64,000 bases of DNA from a virus (IMGVR_UViG_3300034104_004745:1-64000), one strand, 5' to 3'; shown: positions 46,069 to 55,618, counted from the stretch's first letter. Notes: generated by a model not told the origin, from the letters alone. Numbers and translations: made by a program.

Positions 46069-46072
46069 GAAT

Positions 46073-46654
46073 ATGAAAAAAATAGAATTTATTATCCCAA
46101 CGTATAATAGACCAGATAAATTAATGGTTATGTTATCATCAATAAAAGCACAATCTGTTGATTTATGGAAAGTGCATGTTGTTGCTGATGCTGTATATGA
46201 TGGGTATCAAGAAATAAAAGATTACTTTAAAAATGATGAGAGATTTATATTCTCTGAATTAAATGGCCCACACAAAGATTGGGGGCACACAGCTAGAAAC
46301 TATGGCTTAGAAAGAGCAGAAGAAGACTGGGTGGTGATGTCTGGTGACGATAACTATTATGTACCAATTTTCGTTGAGGCTTTTTTAGAATCGATTAAAT
46401 ATAGAAAAGATGTTAACTTTGTTCATTGTAACTTAGTACACAATTGGATTAACAATGAATACATCGGGTTATTATCAAGACCTCAAGTAAATGGTATTGA
46501 TATTGGTAACTTTATGACTAAAACAAAATTTGCGAAACAGATGAGATTAGATGTTACTAAAGTAAACGCTGACGGTATCTTTGTAGAAGAATACCTAGAA
46601 AAATTTAAGGGTAACATTATTCACATTCAAAAAATATTATATGTCCATAACTAA
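46073..46654 (+). CDS. Glycosyltransferase family 2 (GT-A fold).
   Basis: N-terminal EFIIPTYNRPDKL is the canonical GT2 start. SGDDNYY region. Confidence 0.6.
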   Translation: MKKIEFIIPTYNRPDKLMVMLSSIKAQSVDLWKVHVVADAVYDGYQEIKDYFKNDERFIFSELNGPHKDWGHTARNYGLERAEEDWVVMSGDDNYYVPIFVEAFLESIKYRKDVNFVHCNLVHNWINNEYIGLLSRPQVNGIDIGNFMTKTKFAKQMRLDVTKVNADGIFVEEYLEKFKGNIIHIQKILYVHN

Positions 46655-47762
46655 CATAACATTCGTTCTTGCTGTACTTGATAAATTAGATTTAACTAAG
46701 AACTGTTATTCTAGAATACGAGATCTATATCCCACCACACCATTTGTTATAAGTAGTGGTGGTTCAAGTGATGGTACAAAAGAATGGTTGTTAGAAATGT
46801 CCGAGAAAGATGAGAACCTAACAATTTTTCATGATGATGATAGGTTAGCATTTTCAGAAACTTACAACTCAGGAATCAAAATGGTCGATACCGAAAAATT
46901 AGTTTTGATTCACAATGATATGGTTATTGGTGAGGGGTTTTTAGAAGCTATAGAAAGGTTATTAAAACCAAATATGATGTTATCCTATACAACAATAGAA
47001 CCACCAATTTTTAAAGGACATCAAAGACCCGGAAAGGTATTAATTGATTTAGGTTCATCGTTTGATGATTTTGATTATTTTAATTTCAATGCGTATGTTA
47101 GTACACATAACAATAACGATGTTCTATATGATGGCGCAGTTTTCTTTATGAGTGGTTACAAAAAGATGTTTGAAGATGTTGGTTTTTTTGATGGGTTTAG
47201 CTTTGTACCTTGTTTCTGTGAAGATGATGATTTCATAATCAGGGCTAAGTTAAAAGGATATGAATTAAAAACTTGTGAGTCCGCGATCGTATATCATTTT
47301 GTTTCCCAAACGTCTAGATTTAGCGAAGAGTTTAAGAAAAATAGAGTTACCCATGAGGTTTCATCTATTAGAAACTTCGTAAGAAAATGGGGGATAACTA
47401 TAACTGTCTTTAATGAGCTACGCTACTGGGAAGAAAAAGAATTTAAGTATAAAACATTTTCAATGGGATTAATTACAAGAAACAAAAAAAGATTAATGGA
47501 TCTTGAACCGTTTTTTGATAAGATTGATCTGGGTGAAATACCTGAAGAATATATTGAGAATGAGCAAAAAAGAACTAGATACGATATTAGATCTAAATTT
47601 ACATTAACAGATACTGTGGATGTTGTTATAACTGAGGTTGATGAATTTACTGATGAAGATCTACAGACATTACGTAGACTAAGATTATCTATACCATATT
47701 ATGAACCAGGTGAATACCAAATAGGTAATATGTTGATACAAATAAAAAAGGAGCTTAATTAG
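46641..47762 (+). CDS. Glycosyltransferase family 2-like protein (373 aa).
   Basis: FVLAVLDK...YNSGIK...LIHNDMV architecture like GT2. Weaker match than 46073..46654. Confidence 0.45.
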   Translation: MSITNITFVLAVLDKLDLTKNCYSRIRDLYPTTPFVISSGGSSDGTKEWLLEMSEKDENLTIFHDDDRLAFSETYNSGIKMVDTEKLVLIHNDMVIGEGFLEAIERLLKPNMMLSYTTIEPPIFKGHQRPGKVLIDLGSSFDDFDYFNFNAYVSTHNNNDVLYDGAVFFMSGYKKMFEDVGFFDGFSFVPCFCEDDDFIIRAKLKGYELKTCESAIVYHFVSQTSRFSEEFKKNRVTHEVSSIRNFVRKWGITITVFNELRYWEEKEFKYKTFSMGLITRNKKRLMDLEPFFDKIDLGEIPEEYIENEQKRTRYDIRSKFTLTDTVDVVITEVDEFTDEDLQTLRRLRLSIPYYEPGEYQIGNMLIQIKKELN

Positions 47763-47776
47763 CTCCTTCTTTTTTT
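47748..47776. terminator. Bidirectional rho-independent terminator AAGGAGCTtaattAGCTCCTT plus T7. It is embedded in the overlapping 3' ends of the convergent genes 46641..47762 and 47755..48237.
   Basis: Perfect 8-bp stem. T-run on the plus strand and A-run (T on the minus strand) on the other side. Both stop codons lie inside the hairpin. Confidence 0.6.
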
Positions 47777-48237
47777 ACTTCTTTTTTAATCAGTTTAAAT
47801 AGTACCTGATATTTGTCTTTAGACTTACCAGCCTCTTTTAAATCTTCCTTAGTGATTTCAGGATACTCTAATTCAATTTCTTGATTTAAAAGTGTACCAT
47901 ATTCTTTATCAAATTCTATATATTTTGGATTGTACTCACCACCGATAACATTATCATTCTCGTCTTTAATTTCTTTAAGGTACATTTTAACCATGATGCC
48001 ACCCTTACCGTCATCTTCACCATGCTTCTTGATTAAATCGTCTCTTAGACCATCAACCTTAGTTCTTTCACCTTTAAGAACTGATGAGAAATCACTTAAT
48101 TCATATTTTAAAATGATTGATAGGTTTTGTTTGGTAAATCCTTCGAAAATCACTTCACCGTTTTTTGGGTCAACATATCCATTAATTTCGGTTTCTAATT
48201 GTAAAACTTCTCCTAATTTCAATTTAATTTTTTCCAT
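47755..48237 (-). CDS. Hypothetical Lys/Glu-rich protein (160 aa).
   Basis: ORF with TATATTATATAC upstream. Confidence 0.5.
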   Translation of the reverse strand: MEKIKLKLGEVLQLETEINGYVDPKNGEVIFEGFTKQNLSIILKYELSDFSSVLKGERTKVDGLRDDLIKKHGEDDGKGGIMVKMYLKEIKDENDNVIGGEYNPKYIEFDKEYGTLLNQEIELEYPEITKEDLKEAGKSKDKYQVLFKLIKKEVKKEGAN

Positions 48238-48290
48238 AATTTTGCAATTGTTTGTATATAATATATATCTTATTTTTTAAAAAGTCAAGT

Positions 48291-49298
48291 TTATAAAACC
48301 GTCAAAATAGCATAAGTTAACATAAAAGATATCCATATAACTAAAGCTTTTAGATAAGTTAAAAATCCAGTATGAAAGTACTTTTGACCTATCGGTAAAC
48401 ACTTATGTGATGGTGAAATTAGATATGCTGAATACTCTAATGTAAAGAATAAAACAAAGTACTGCATACCAAACACACTAGTTAATAAACTAACAATACC
48501 TGCATATTTTGCTGATGATCCAAGTAAGAATGATGCTACGAATCCTAACACAGAAACAATAAGAATATTTGACGGTGTACTATACTGTTTGATTATTAAT
48601 TCAATTTGTGAATAATATGATCCAACTAGGTTACCAAGAATGATTACTAAAGCAACTATCCAAATCAATTCCCAGTTAACATAGCCCATCAACTTACCCC
48701 AACTCTTAGAGTGATATACCAACCATAGTGTGAACCCAGTAAAGAATCCAAAATAATAATCAGTAAAGAAAACACACATCATGATGGTAACCAAGAATGG
48801 TATAACCACAAGATATATGTTCTTCCAATTAATTGGATCATCTTTAACTTCAATATCGATCTCATCATCATCTAATGATAGTATATAATAACTGATATAT
48901 AATCCTGAGATTAATAACAACGGCCAGATATATGACATAAACTGCACGTAAGTTAAACTTAGTACAGCCATTGGTATAATAACTGTTTTCTCTAACGGTG
49001 ACCATAGATAATAATGATGTGTTGCAAGGTAATCAATGATACCAAACTTCTTACGTTTCTTATTATCGACTGGTGCAATACTATTCAGCATAGATGCTGA
49101 CAATGCTACACGACCAGGTATAGGTAGAATACCACCGAATAGTGATACTAAGAATACCACCATCTTTTTAGATTTAACTTTTTGTTTAAGTAATCTAAAG
49201 ATGTCCATAAGGTACCCTCTTTCTTTGAGGATACCGGTTACGAACATAATGAATATTAAGTAGACAAGAAACTCTTGTCCTTTGATTAAAATCTCCAT
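48291..49298 (-). CDS. Polytopic inner-membrane protein (335 aa, about 9-10 TM segments); Wzy/EpsG-like polymerase or transporter candidate.
   Basis: Multiple hydrophobic segments. Overlaps the start of the OMP gene by 13 nt. Confidence 0.55.
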   Translation of the reverse strand: MEILIKGQEFLVYLIFIMFVTGILKERGYLMDIFRLLKQKVKSKKMVVFLVSLFGGILPIPGRVALSASMLNSIAPVDNKKRKKFGIIDYLATHHYYLWSPLEKTVIIPMAVLSLTYVQFMSYIWPLLLISGLYISYYILSLDDDEIDIEVKDDPINWKNIYLVVIPFLVTIMMCVFFTDYYFGFFTGFTLWLVYHSKSWGKLMGYVNWELIWIVALVIILGNLVGSYYSQIELIIKQYSTPSNILIVSVLGFVASFLLGSSAKYAGIVSLLTSVFGMQYFVLFFTLEYSAYLISPSHKCLPIGQKYFHTGFLTYLKALVIWISFMLTYAILTVL

Positions 49299-50170
49299 GC
49301 AAATATAATTGTGGTTCTAGATAATTTTGCGTCTTGATTAAGTCCTGGCATGTGTTCAATATTTAAATAACCTTTGTTACTAAAACGATATTGAACTAGA
49401 GGACCAAGATACCATTCTTGTGAACCACCATCAAAGTCGTTGTATCTAAACATATGTGAAACACCTAATGTTAAATCATTATTAATGATGTTAGCATATG
49501 ATGCGGTGTATGCATATTCATCTTCACGAAGTTCTTTGTTTCTAGATAAATTACCTTCATAGATTGCGTTGAAGCCCCATATACCACTTTTACCAATTCT
49601 ATCACCTAATAATAATTTAGGTTCAATACCCCAGTGACCGTCTAACATTTTGGTTTCCCAATACAATGTAGGATTACCCCATAGTTTGCCCCAATCAGCT
49701 AAAGCGTATCGAAACTCCCAGGAGAATCCTCTCCATTTAAATTGTTTATCACCATTGTAACCATCATACACAGTGTGTGAATATAAATCTAATTGCAATC
49801 GTTTACCTAAACCAAATGTAAACTCATCTCTCATTCTTATTTGAGCTGGACCATTTCTTCTTTGTCTAATATCAAACCACTTCTCATACATTGCTGTACC
49901 TGGAGGATTCATTACGTAAACTCTTGTAGATGCAAACATTCTCATTGTAGTCCAAAGTGGTTGACCATAAGGACCGACTTTGGTCATCAATGGTACTTTC
50001 TTTGCTGTAACAACGATCTCTTGTAATTGATTAGGGACACTGTCCGTTTGAACTTTTAAGGATTGTTCTGAACCTTTCTGAATTGCGCTACTACTATACT
50101 GTCCAAATGACATAGTGGTAGTCAACAATGACACTAACATTAGCGATAGTGTTTGAATTGTTTTTCTCAT
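49286..50170 (-). CDS. Outer-membrane beta-barrel protein with a signal peptide (294 aa).
   Basis: MRKTIQTLSLMLVSLLTTTMSFGQ signal. EIVVTAKK plug-like motif. Alternating amphipathic beta strands. C-terminal ...IFAWRF ending in an aromatic residue. Confidence 0.55.
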   Translation of the reverse strand: MRKTIQTLSLMLVSLLTTTMSFGQYSSSAIQKGSEQSLKVQTDSVPNQLQEIVVTAKKVPLMTKVGPYGQPLWTTMRMFASTRVYVMNPPGTAMYEKWFDIRQRRNGPAQIRMRDEFTFGLGKRLQLDLYSHTVYDGYNGDKQFKWRGFSWEFRYALADWGKLWGNPTLYWETKMLDGHWGIEPKLLLGDRIGKSGIWGFNAIYEGNLSRNKELREDEYAYTASYANIINNDLTLGVSHMFRYNDFDGGSQEWYLGPLVQYRFSNKGYLNIEHMPGLNQDAKLSRTTIIFAWRF

Positions 50171-50237
50171 TTTGTTTTTTGTTTAAGAAAAGTTTATTAT
50201 TGAATCTAATATAAACAAAAACACCCAAAAAGACAAC

Positions 50238-50903
50238 TTATTTACCAATTAAAAATATACCTAAACCATTCCAAAAATCATCTGGATCTTCACCAGATGT
50301 GAACAGTTGTCTTGAGTGTAAAATGAATAAATTATTTTCCTCAACAAACTTTTCAAACGCACCACTATCCCAGTTCCAATCATCCATTATTATGATTGTT
50401 TCTTTTGATATGATTGGTAGAATGTTTTTTAAAGCAATGTATTGATCATGAAATTTAGTTTCACCATCATAAAAAATAATGTCGGGATTTGGTAGTGTTT
50501 TAAAATCAAACAATTGATAGTCGGTTTTATAAACAGATATCTTATCAACGTCTCCAAATTTTTTTACGTTAGATAAAAATTCTTCTTGTGGTAACACATC
50601 GATATTGTGTTTATAGTAGTTCCCCATTTTTTGACTAACCCCGCGTGGTGTTAGATTGGGTGACATAAAATTATCAATTGCTATTGAGTAGATATCATTA
50701 CCATATATTGCAGAACAAAATGTTGCGCCACGAAAAACACCTATCTCTAGATAGGTTGCACCATCAATGTCACAAATATTATTTAGAAACGATCTAACTT
50801 TATTACTGGTGATTCCATGAATATCCAAAATGTCTTGAGTTAATTTTGATACTTCAAGTTTACCCCATTCAATTGAATCGTCTATATGTTTAACTAAGTC
50901 CAT
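50238..50903 (-). CDS. Class I SAM-dependent methyltransferase (Methyltransf_24/CmcI-like), paralogous in fold to 44518..45069. The start is re-called to the ATG at 50903; the track starts at a GTG.
   Basis: GATYLEIGVFRGATFCSAIYGNDIYSIAIDNF motif I region. Confidence 0.55.
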   Translation of the reverse strand: MDLVKHIDDSIEWGKLEVSKLTQDILDIHGITSNKVRSFLNNICDIDGATYLEIGVFRGATFCSAIYGNDIYSIAIDNFMSPNLTPRGVSQKMGNYYKHNIDVLPQEEFLSNVKKFGDVDKISVYKTDYQLFDFKTLPNPDIIFYDGETKFHDQYIALKNILPIISKETIIIMDDWNWDSGAFEKFVEENNLFILHSRQLFTSGEDPDDFWNGLGIFLIGK

Positions 50904-51927
50904 ATGATTTTTTCTTATGATCTGCAACAATATCACAGTAATTACAATCCCAACATTGGAATTTACATTTCTTTATTTTATTTCTCCAACCCTTAAGTTC
51001 TTCGTGTGGTATACCATCCAAATATATCTCAGATGTTTTAGATAAAACACTTTTACCCGCAGCGTACGAATCAACAATCTCCATAGTTTCATCTAATCGA
51101 TTGAAGCTATCTCTACCATGCATTTTGAATACATCAATATATTCTAAGAATTCGTCAAACTCTTCTTTGAATGGTGGTATAGTTCCTGTCTTAAAAAAGA
51201 AAGCATTAATATCTTTCTCCCATTTGTGTTCACAAGTTACTTTAGAGATCTCGTGATGAAAGTATGGTAACTCATTATTAGTTCTAAGATTGTTATATGA
51301 ATAATGTTCATCCATGACTGGGCACCTTCCTAAACAACCTTCATTAACTAGTAATGATATTTTTACATATCTACCTTTCTCTTCGTAATATTTTAACTGA
51401 GCTCTTTTGATATTTTTTAATTCTTCAACATCTCTCATTAAAATCCTATCAAGATTAATGTAATCAAATCCTTGATCGGCGTTATACCAAAAGTCTTGTC
51501 CAGTTGCCACTTTTCTTAATATGGTATTTTTAATTTCCATCTCTGGAAAATGTTTCTTCAATCCCATTGCAACCCAATGACCATGTGGAATAGTTATACA
51601 TCTTAAACCCTTTTCGTATAAAGGTTTTAGATTATCAATAAACAATTTATAGTTATCGAATCTAGGAGAAACGTTTATGTTGTTGAATGTTGCACTGATG
51701 GAGATACCTAATGCTTTTTGAATGATCATTGCATTATCAAACACAATGTCTCTGTCTTCATCTCTGAACACCGCACCCATCGCATCTTGTGTAAATGGTG
51801 GGACTCTACAGGTAAAATAAATGTCATATATCCATTCCTTATTTCTTTCTAAGAACGGATAAAATTTATTCATGAACATATCTTCCGACATCATCGGATT
51901 AAGTGGTATAGAGAATATCTTTTTCAT
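50890..51927 (-). CDS. Cys-rich protein (345 aa) with a C-terminal CKFQCWDCNYC cluster; possible Fe-S or zinc partner of the adjacent radical SAM enzyme.
   Basis: EGCLGRCP and CKFQCWDCNYCD motifs. 1-nt overlap with the radical SAM gene. No canonical CxxxCxxC. Confidence 0.5.
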   Translation of the reverse strand: MKKIFSIPLNPMMSEDMFMNKFYPFLERNKEWIYDIYFTCRVPPFTQDAMGAVFRDEDRDIVFDNAMIIQKALGISISATFNNINVSPRFDNYKLFIDNLKPLYEKGLRCITIPHGHWVAMGLKKHFPEMEIKNTILRKVATGQDFWYNADQGFDYINLDRILMRDVEELKNIKRAQLKYYEEKGRYVKISLLVNEGCLGRCPVMDEHYSYNNLRTNNELPYFHHEISKVTCEHKWEKDINAFFFKTGTIPPFKEEFDEFLEYIDVFKMHGRDSFNRLDETMEIVDSYAAGKSVLSKTSEIYLDGIPHEELKGWRNKIKKCKFQCWDCNYCDIVADHKKKSYGLS

Positions 51928-52928
51928 TATTTGTTACCTTCTAGACATCCACCACATATACCATTACAATCGCTCTTATAAAAGACACAATCTAAACAGT
52001 CTTGCGGTATAGTATAATTTTTATGATTATCGGTGTAAAGTTTATCAAACTCATCCCTTAAATCTAATATACCACTTTTAGCTGATATTTCCAAAACATT
52101 ATCAATCTTTACCTTATCTTGTAGTGGATAACAATGAATTGAACTTCCATCCGGGAAGACATCCAGTGGCATAAATCCACATATAGTATCATATTCAGGG
52201 ATTTTAAATGTTGCAAAGTTCAAAGAATTTTCTAAAACAGCTTTCTTTGTTTTACCCTCCCATAAACATGGCGGAACTTGACAATCTGAAGTGATCTTAA
52301 TACCGTTATATAAGCCGAATTTAAGGATCTTAGTAATCTCTGCACCCATTTCCCTATTATTGATAAGATAGGTCCCTGTGAGGTCTAATCCGACCCTTAT
52401 TGCGTTTATTTTACCATCAAGCTCGTGGTATAACCATTTGATGTATTCATAGAAGTTTCTATCCTTCCAATCTTTGGACATCGTTACAGCTAAATAAAGT
52501 CTAGGATTAGTATCAAACCCCCAGGTATTGGCATATGCTTTGTAAATTTCTAGGTAGTTCTTTTTAAATAAAACTATTCTATTTTTTTCATTAAGCTCTG
52601 CAGCATTAGGAAACACCCAGCGGATATTTTTGATATTTTCTATTAGATAATCTCTTGTTGTTTTACTAAACAAAAAATTACTAACAAGATTCACCTTAAT
52701 ATTTTTAGAAAAGAGGTGATCCAAAATACCAATAAAATTTGAATGCTGTGTTGGTTCCCCACCTAGAATTGTTATTTCTTCTTGGGGTGATTGTAAATTA
52801 TAATGGTTGATAAGTTTATCAACCATTTCTATTGACATTTCGCCTAAGGTATGTTTTAGTCTTGCGTCTTCTTTGGTGAAGCAGAATGAACATCCTTTAG
52901 CACATGTACCATTAATTGCTAAATTCAT
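51927..52928 (-). CDS. Radical SAM enzyme with a C-terminal SPASM-like Cys-rich domain.
   Basis: CAKGCSFC (C-x3-C-x2-C), the GGEPT SAM-binding motif, and C-terminal CLDCVFYKSDCNGICGGC. Confidence 0.75.
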   Translation of the reverse strand: MNLAINGTCAKGCSFCFTKEDARLKHTLGEMSIEMVDKLINHYNLQSPQEEITILGGEPTQHSNFIGILDHLFSKNIKVNLVSNFLFSKTTRDYLIENIKNIRWVFPNAAELNEKNRIVLFKKNYLEIYKAYANTWGFDTNPRLYLAVTMSKDWKDRNFYEYIKWLYHELDGKINAIRVGLDLTGTYLINNREMGAEITKILKFGLYNGIKITSDCQVPPCLWEGKTKKAVLENSLNFATFKIPEYDTICGFMPLDVFPDGSSIHCYPLQDKVKIDNVLEISAKSGILDLRDEFDKLYTDNHKNYTIPQDCLDCVFYKSDCNGICGGCLEGNK

Positions 52929-52938
52929 TAAAAAGCTT

Positions 52939-53679
52939 TTAGAAATCCATTCTCAATGTAAGAGGCGTTGTTGAAACGTTCTCGTCCTCTTTTTGTTGTT
53001 TACTCATTGCTACACCAAACTTCTCGTGTTTCAGTCTATGACAATCAGCGATAGTTTGACAAGCTTTAATTCTTTCTTCTAATAATTGTTGTTCCAATAG
53101 TAAGTTAGCTAACTTGGTATTGTAGTCTGTCACATTATTAATAATTTTTTGAACGAACGTGGCTTTATCTATCCCTCTACCTGTTGATAATATATCGATG
53201 ATTGGTGTTTGATAATCACTATCAGCAACCCAACCAAACGCTTCTCTCTTTTGTTCTTCCCATGTATCTTTTTCTAACATAGAAGCATCTACCATTAATT
53301 CTCTATATCTTTCAGAAAATCTATCAGCAACAAGTTTCTTCATAACCGCTTTATTAAAAGCAACACCGGCCGCTCTGTCTTCATCAGTCAAATAATGTTT
53401 AACTTTTTCTTCATCTGTTTCGCCAGATTCAGCTAACTGAGGAATCTCATCCATGATGTGTGAATTGGTTCTAACACTAATATAATCTTTGTAGATATCA
53501 GCGAATACAAAACCTTTAGCCACTTCTTCTGGAATAACAGCAGCGCCAAGTCGATTAAGTTCAACTCTCATATCATTATATTCATCAGCGATTTTACCAT
53601 AGTTGTAATTTAAATACATTCCTACAATTTGAATGTAGCCTGGTACGTTACCCTGTAGTTTAAAAATTATATGTGTCAT
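52939..53679 (-). CDS. Hypothetical protein (246 aa) in the tail-fibre module.
   Basis: ORF. Confidence 0.5.
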   Translation of the reverse strand: MTHIIFKLQGNVPGYIQIVGMYLNYNYGKIADEYNDMRVELNRLGAAVIPEEVAKGFVFADIYKDYISVRTNSHIMDEIPQLAESGETDEEKVKHYLTDEDRAAGVAFNKAVMKKLVADRFSERYRELMVDASMLEKDTWEEQKREAFGWVADSDYQTPIIDILSTGRGIDKATFVQKIINNVTDYNTKLANLLLEQQLLEERIKACQTIADCHRLKHEKFGVAMSKQQKEDENVSTTPLTLRMDF

Positions 53680-54440
53680 TATAATAGTTTTTCAGTTTCA
53701 ATATTATTTGAATTATCTAATCTTAATTGATTTTTTAATGATTCTTCAATTGAGAAATTATTTGTTGTTGCTTGTGTCATCAAGTGATTGATGTTTCTAT
53801 CAATTGATATTGTATATGCAGATGCTAAACTTAAAACTTGTTTCTGTTGTTCTGGATCCATCATAAGAATCGAATCTAAGTTACCTGTTCCAATTCTACC
53901 ATATGAAATCATATCAAGCATAGCTTGTTTAGCCATACGAACTGTCCAATACTCATGCTCAAATTTTTCTTCTAGTTCTGGATTACCAAACACATCAATT
54001 AATTTTGTCCCATCCGGAAGAATTGCTGCTTCTGTTTCTAAAAATTCTTTAATTAAATCAATAAACCCTTGTCTTTCTCTGTATGCGTCTTTTAGATTTC
54101 TCTTAAACTTTCTTAAGTCAATAAGTTTATCAGCAACAGTTAAATCAACCATTTCTTTTCTTTTTGGGTCAGTAATAAATTCTTTACTTTCCTCATCCAT
54201 TTGAATTTCAAGTTCAGCTTTTCTTACTGTATATTCAAGGTGTTCAACAGCGTCCTCTCTACCTCTTAATTCCAATAACCACTGTTTTAATTTAGCATAT
54301 GACGTTATTTGTGCTCCACCAACGAAATTATATGCTTTGTACTTTGGTAGTGCAAAAGACATACTTTCTGAAATCTTCATTAATTTTTCATCAAACGGGT
54401 TGTTTAAATTTTGTTCTCTGTCATATTTGTAACCTTCCAT
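53679..54440 (-). CDS. Hypothetical protein (253 aa). The start is re-called to the ATG at 54440; the track start at 54488 is a TTG.
   Basis: The ATG at 54440 is preceded by TATATTATACAAAAAC, a copy of the start-proximal motif. Confidence 0.5.
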   Translation of the reverse strand: MEGYKYDREQNLNNPFDEKLMKISESMSFALPKYKAYNFVGGAQITSYAKLKQWLLELRGREDAVEHLEYTVRKAELEIQMDEESKEFITDPKRKEMVDLTVADKLIDLRKFKRNLKDAYRERQGFIDLIKEFLETEAAILPDGTKLIDVFGNPELEEKFEHEYWTVRMAKQAMLDMISYGRIGTGNLDSILMMDPEQQKQVLSLASAYTISIDRNINHLMTQATTNNFSIEESLKNQLRLDNSNNIETEKLL

Positions 54441-54488
54441 AAATAAATTGTTTTTGTATAATATAAGTAAAATATTTCGTATTGTCAA

Positions 54489-55604
54489 CTATTGCCTCCA
54501 ACCACAGTGCCCTGAAGATGTTCCAGCGTTAACTGCTGGATTTAACCCAGTCACACTAGAAGTACCGGTATCCGCAGCATAGTAGAACTTCCAACTAACA
54601 TTGTTTTGACCACCCCCATCATAACAACCCAACATATACTGCCAATCTTGTCCCAACGTAAAGTTTTCTTCACCACAGTTAGGATGAGGTTTAGATACAT
54701 TCCCAATATTAGTATCGTTAGCATTGCTCCATCTTCTTAAATTATATCCTCCATTATAACTTCCCTCATTACCACAATATCCCTTTCCATGTTTGGAACT
54801 AATACCTTTTTGTTGTGCATGCGCACCCCATTGAGTAGATGATGTTGGGGTTTCATTTGAAAAATTAAATTTTATTCCAGCAGATGTTGTCCACGCATAC
54901 CCAAAATTTTCATCGAAAAATGCACCACCACCATCAGAACCATTAATTGATGTTACACCAAACCCACTTACATAACTTTCATTTGTAAGATTAAATTTTT
55001 CTATTGTGGTCGATCCTCCCGAAATTAGATAAGCCATTTCAGTTTCTTTTTGCATGGTTGCAACGTCACTTCTAGCAATACCCGTATTGAATTTTGTTTG
55101 ATGTGCATAATTTGTATCTGTCATCATATTAATTGCTGATGTCCTTGTACCATGAACACTATCGGGGCCCTTCCACGCACCATCATCATTAACCGACCAT
55201 TGAAAGAAAATATTTTTACTACAAGCACCAGATGTATATGATATAGGGTAATCTAATATTTCACCAATATGGGTTGTTTGATCAATAAGATTCACTGTTT
55301 TGTGTACGTTTTTCCATGGTGAAGCGTCTTTATAACCGCCAGCTAAATAAGAATAATTAATCACTTGTCTATATCTGAAAGCTGTTGGTTGTGTTTCTTG
55401 GGCAGCGATTCTTTCCCAACCGTTATCAATATTTGATACACCAGTATAAAGCATTAAATAACTACTTCCACTAGTTGATGTTTCAAGGTATAATGAACCT
55501 GAACGAGGGTTTGATGGTCTGTTAGCTCTAGTACCTCTAGGAGGTCTATTAACAACTCTATCTGACCTTAAACTACCGCTTACTTCTAAATTCTCGTATA
55601 ACAT
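54489..55604 (-). CDS. Adhesin-like tail-fibre tip protein, paralog 1 of 3 (371 aa; conserved N-terminus SGSL...PRG.R.NRPS.P..GSLYLE and C-terminus GHCGWRQ).
   Basis: About 60-70% identity to the two downstream paralogs. Sits directly 3' of the long tail-fibre gene. Gly-rich, with many N-x-S/T sites. Confidence 0.65.
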   Translation of the reverse strand: MLYENLEVSGSLRSDRVVNRPPRGTRANRPSNPRSGSLYLETSTSGSSYLMLYTGVSNIDNGWERIAAQETQPTAFRYRQVINYSYLAGGYKDASPWKNVHKTVNLIDQTTHIGEILDYPISYTSGACSKNIFFQWSVNDDGAWKGPDSVHGTRTSAINMMTDTNYAHQTKFNTGIARSDVATMQKETEMAYLISGGSTTIEKFNLTNESYVSGFGVTSINGSDGGGAFFDENFGYAWTTSAGIKFNFSNETPTSSTQWGAHAQQKGISSKHGKGYCGNEGSYNGGYNLRRWSNANDTNIGNVSKPHPNCGEENFTLGQDWQYMLGCYDGGGQNNVSWKFYYAADTGTSSVTGLNPAVNAGTSSGHCGWRQ

Positions 55605-55618
55605 ATTATATTTTTATT

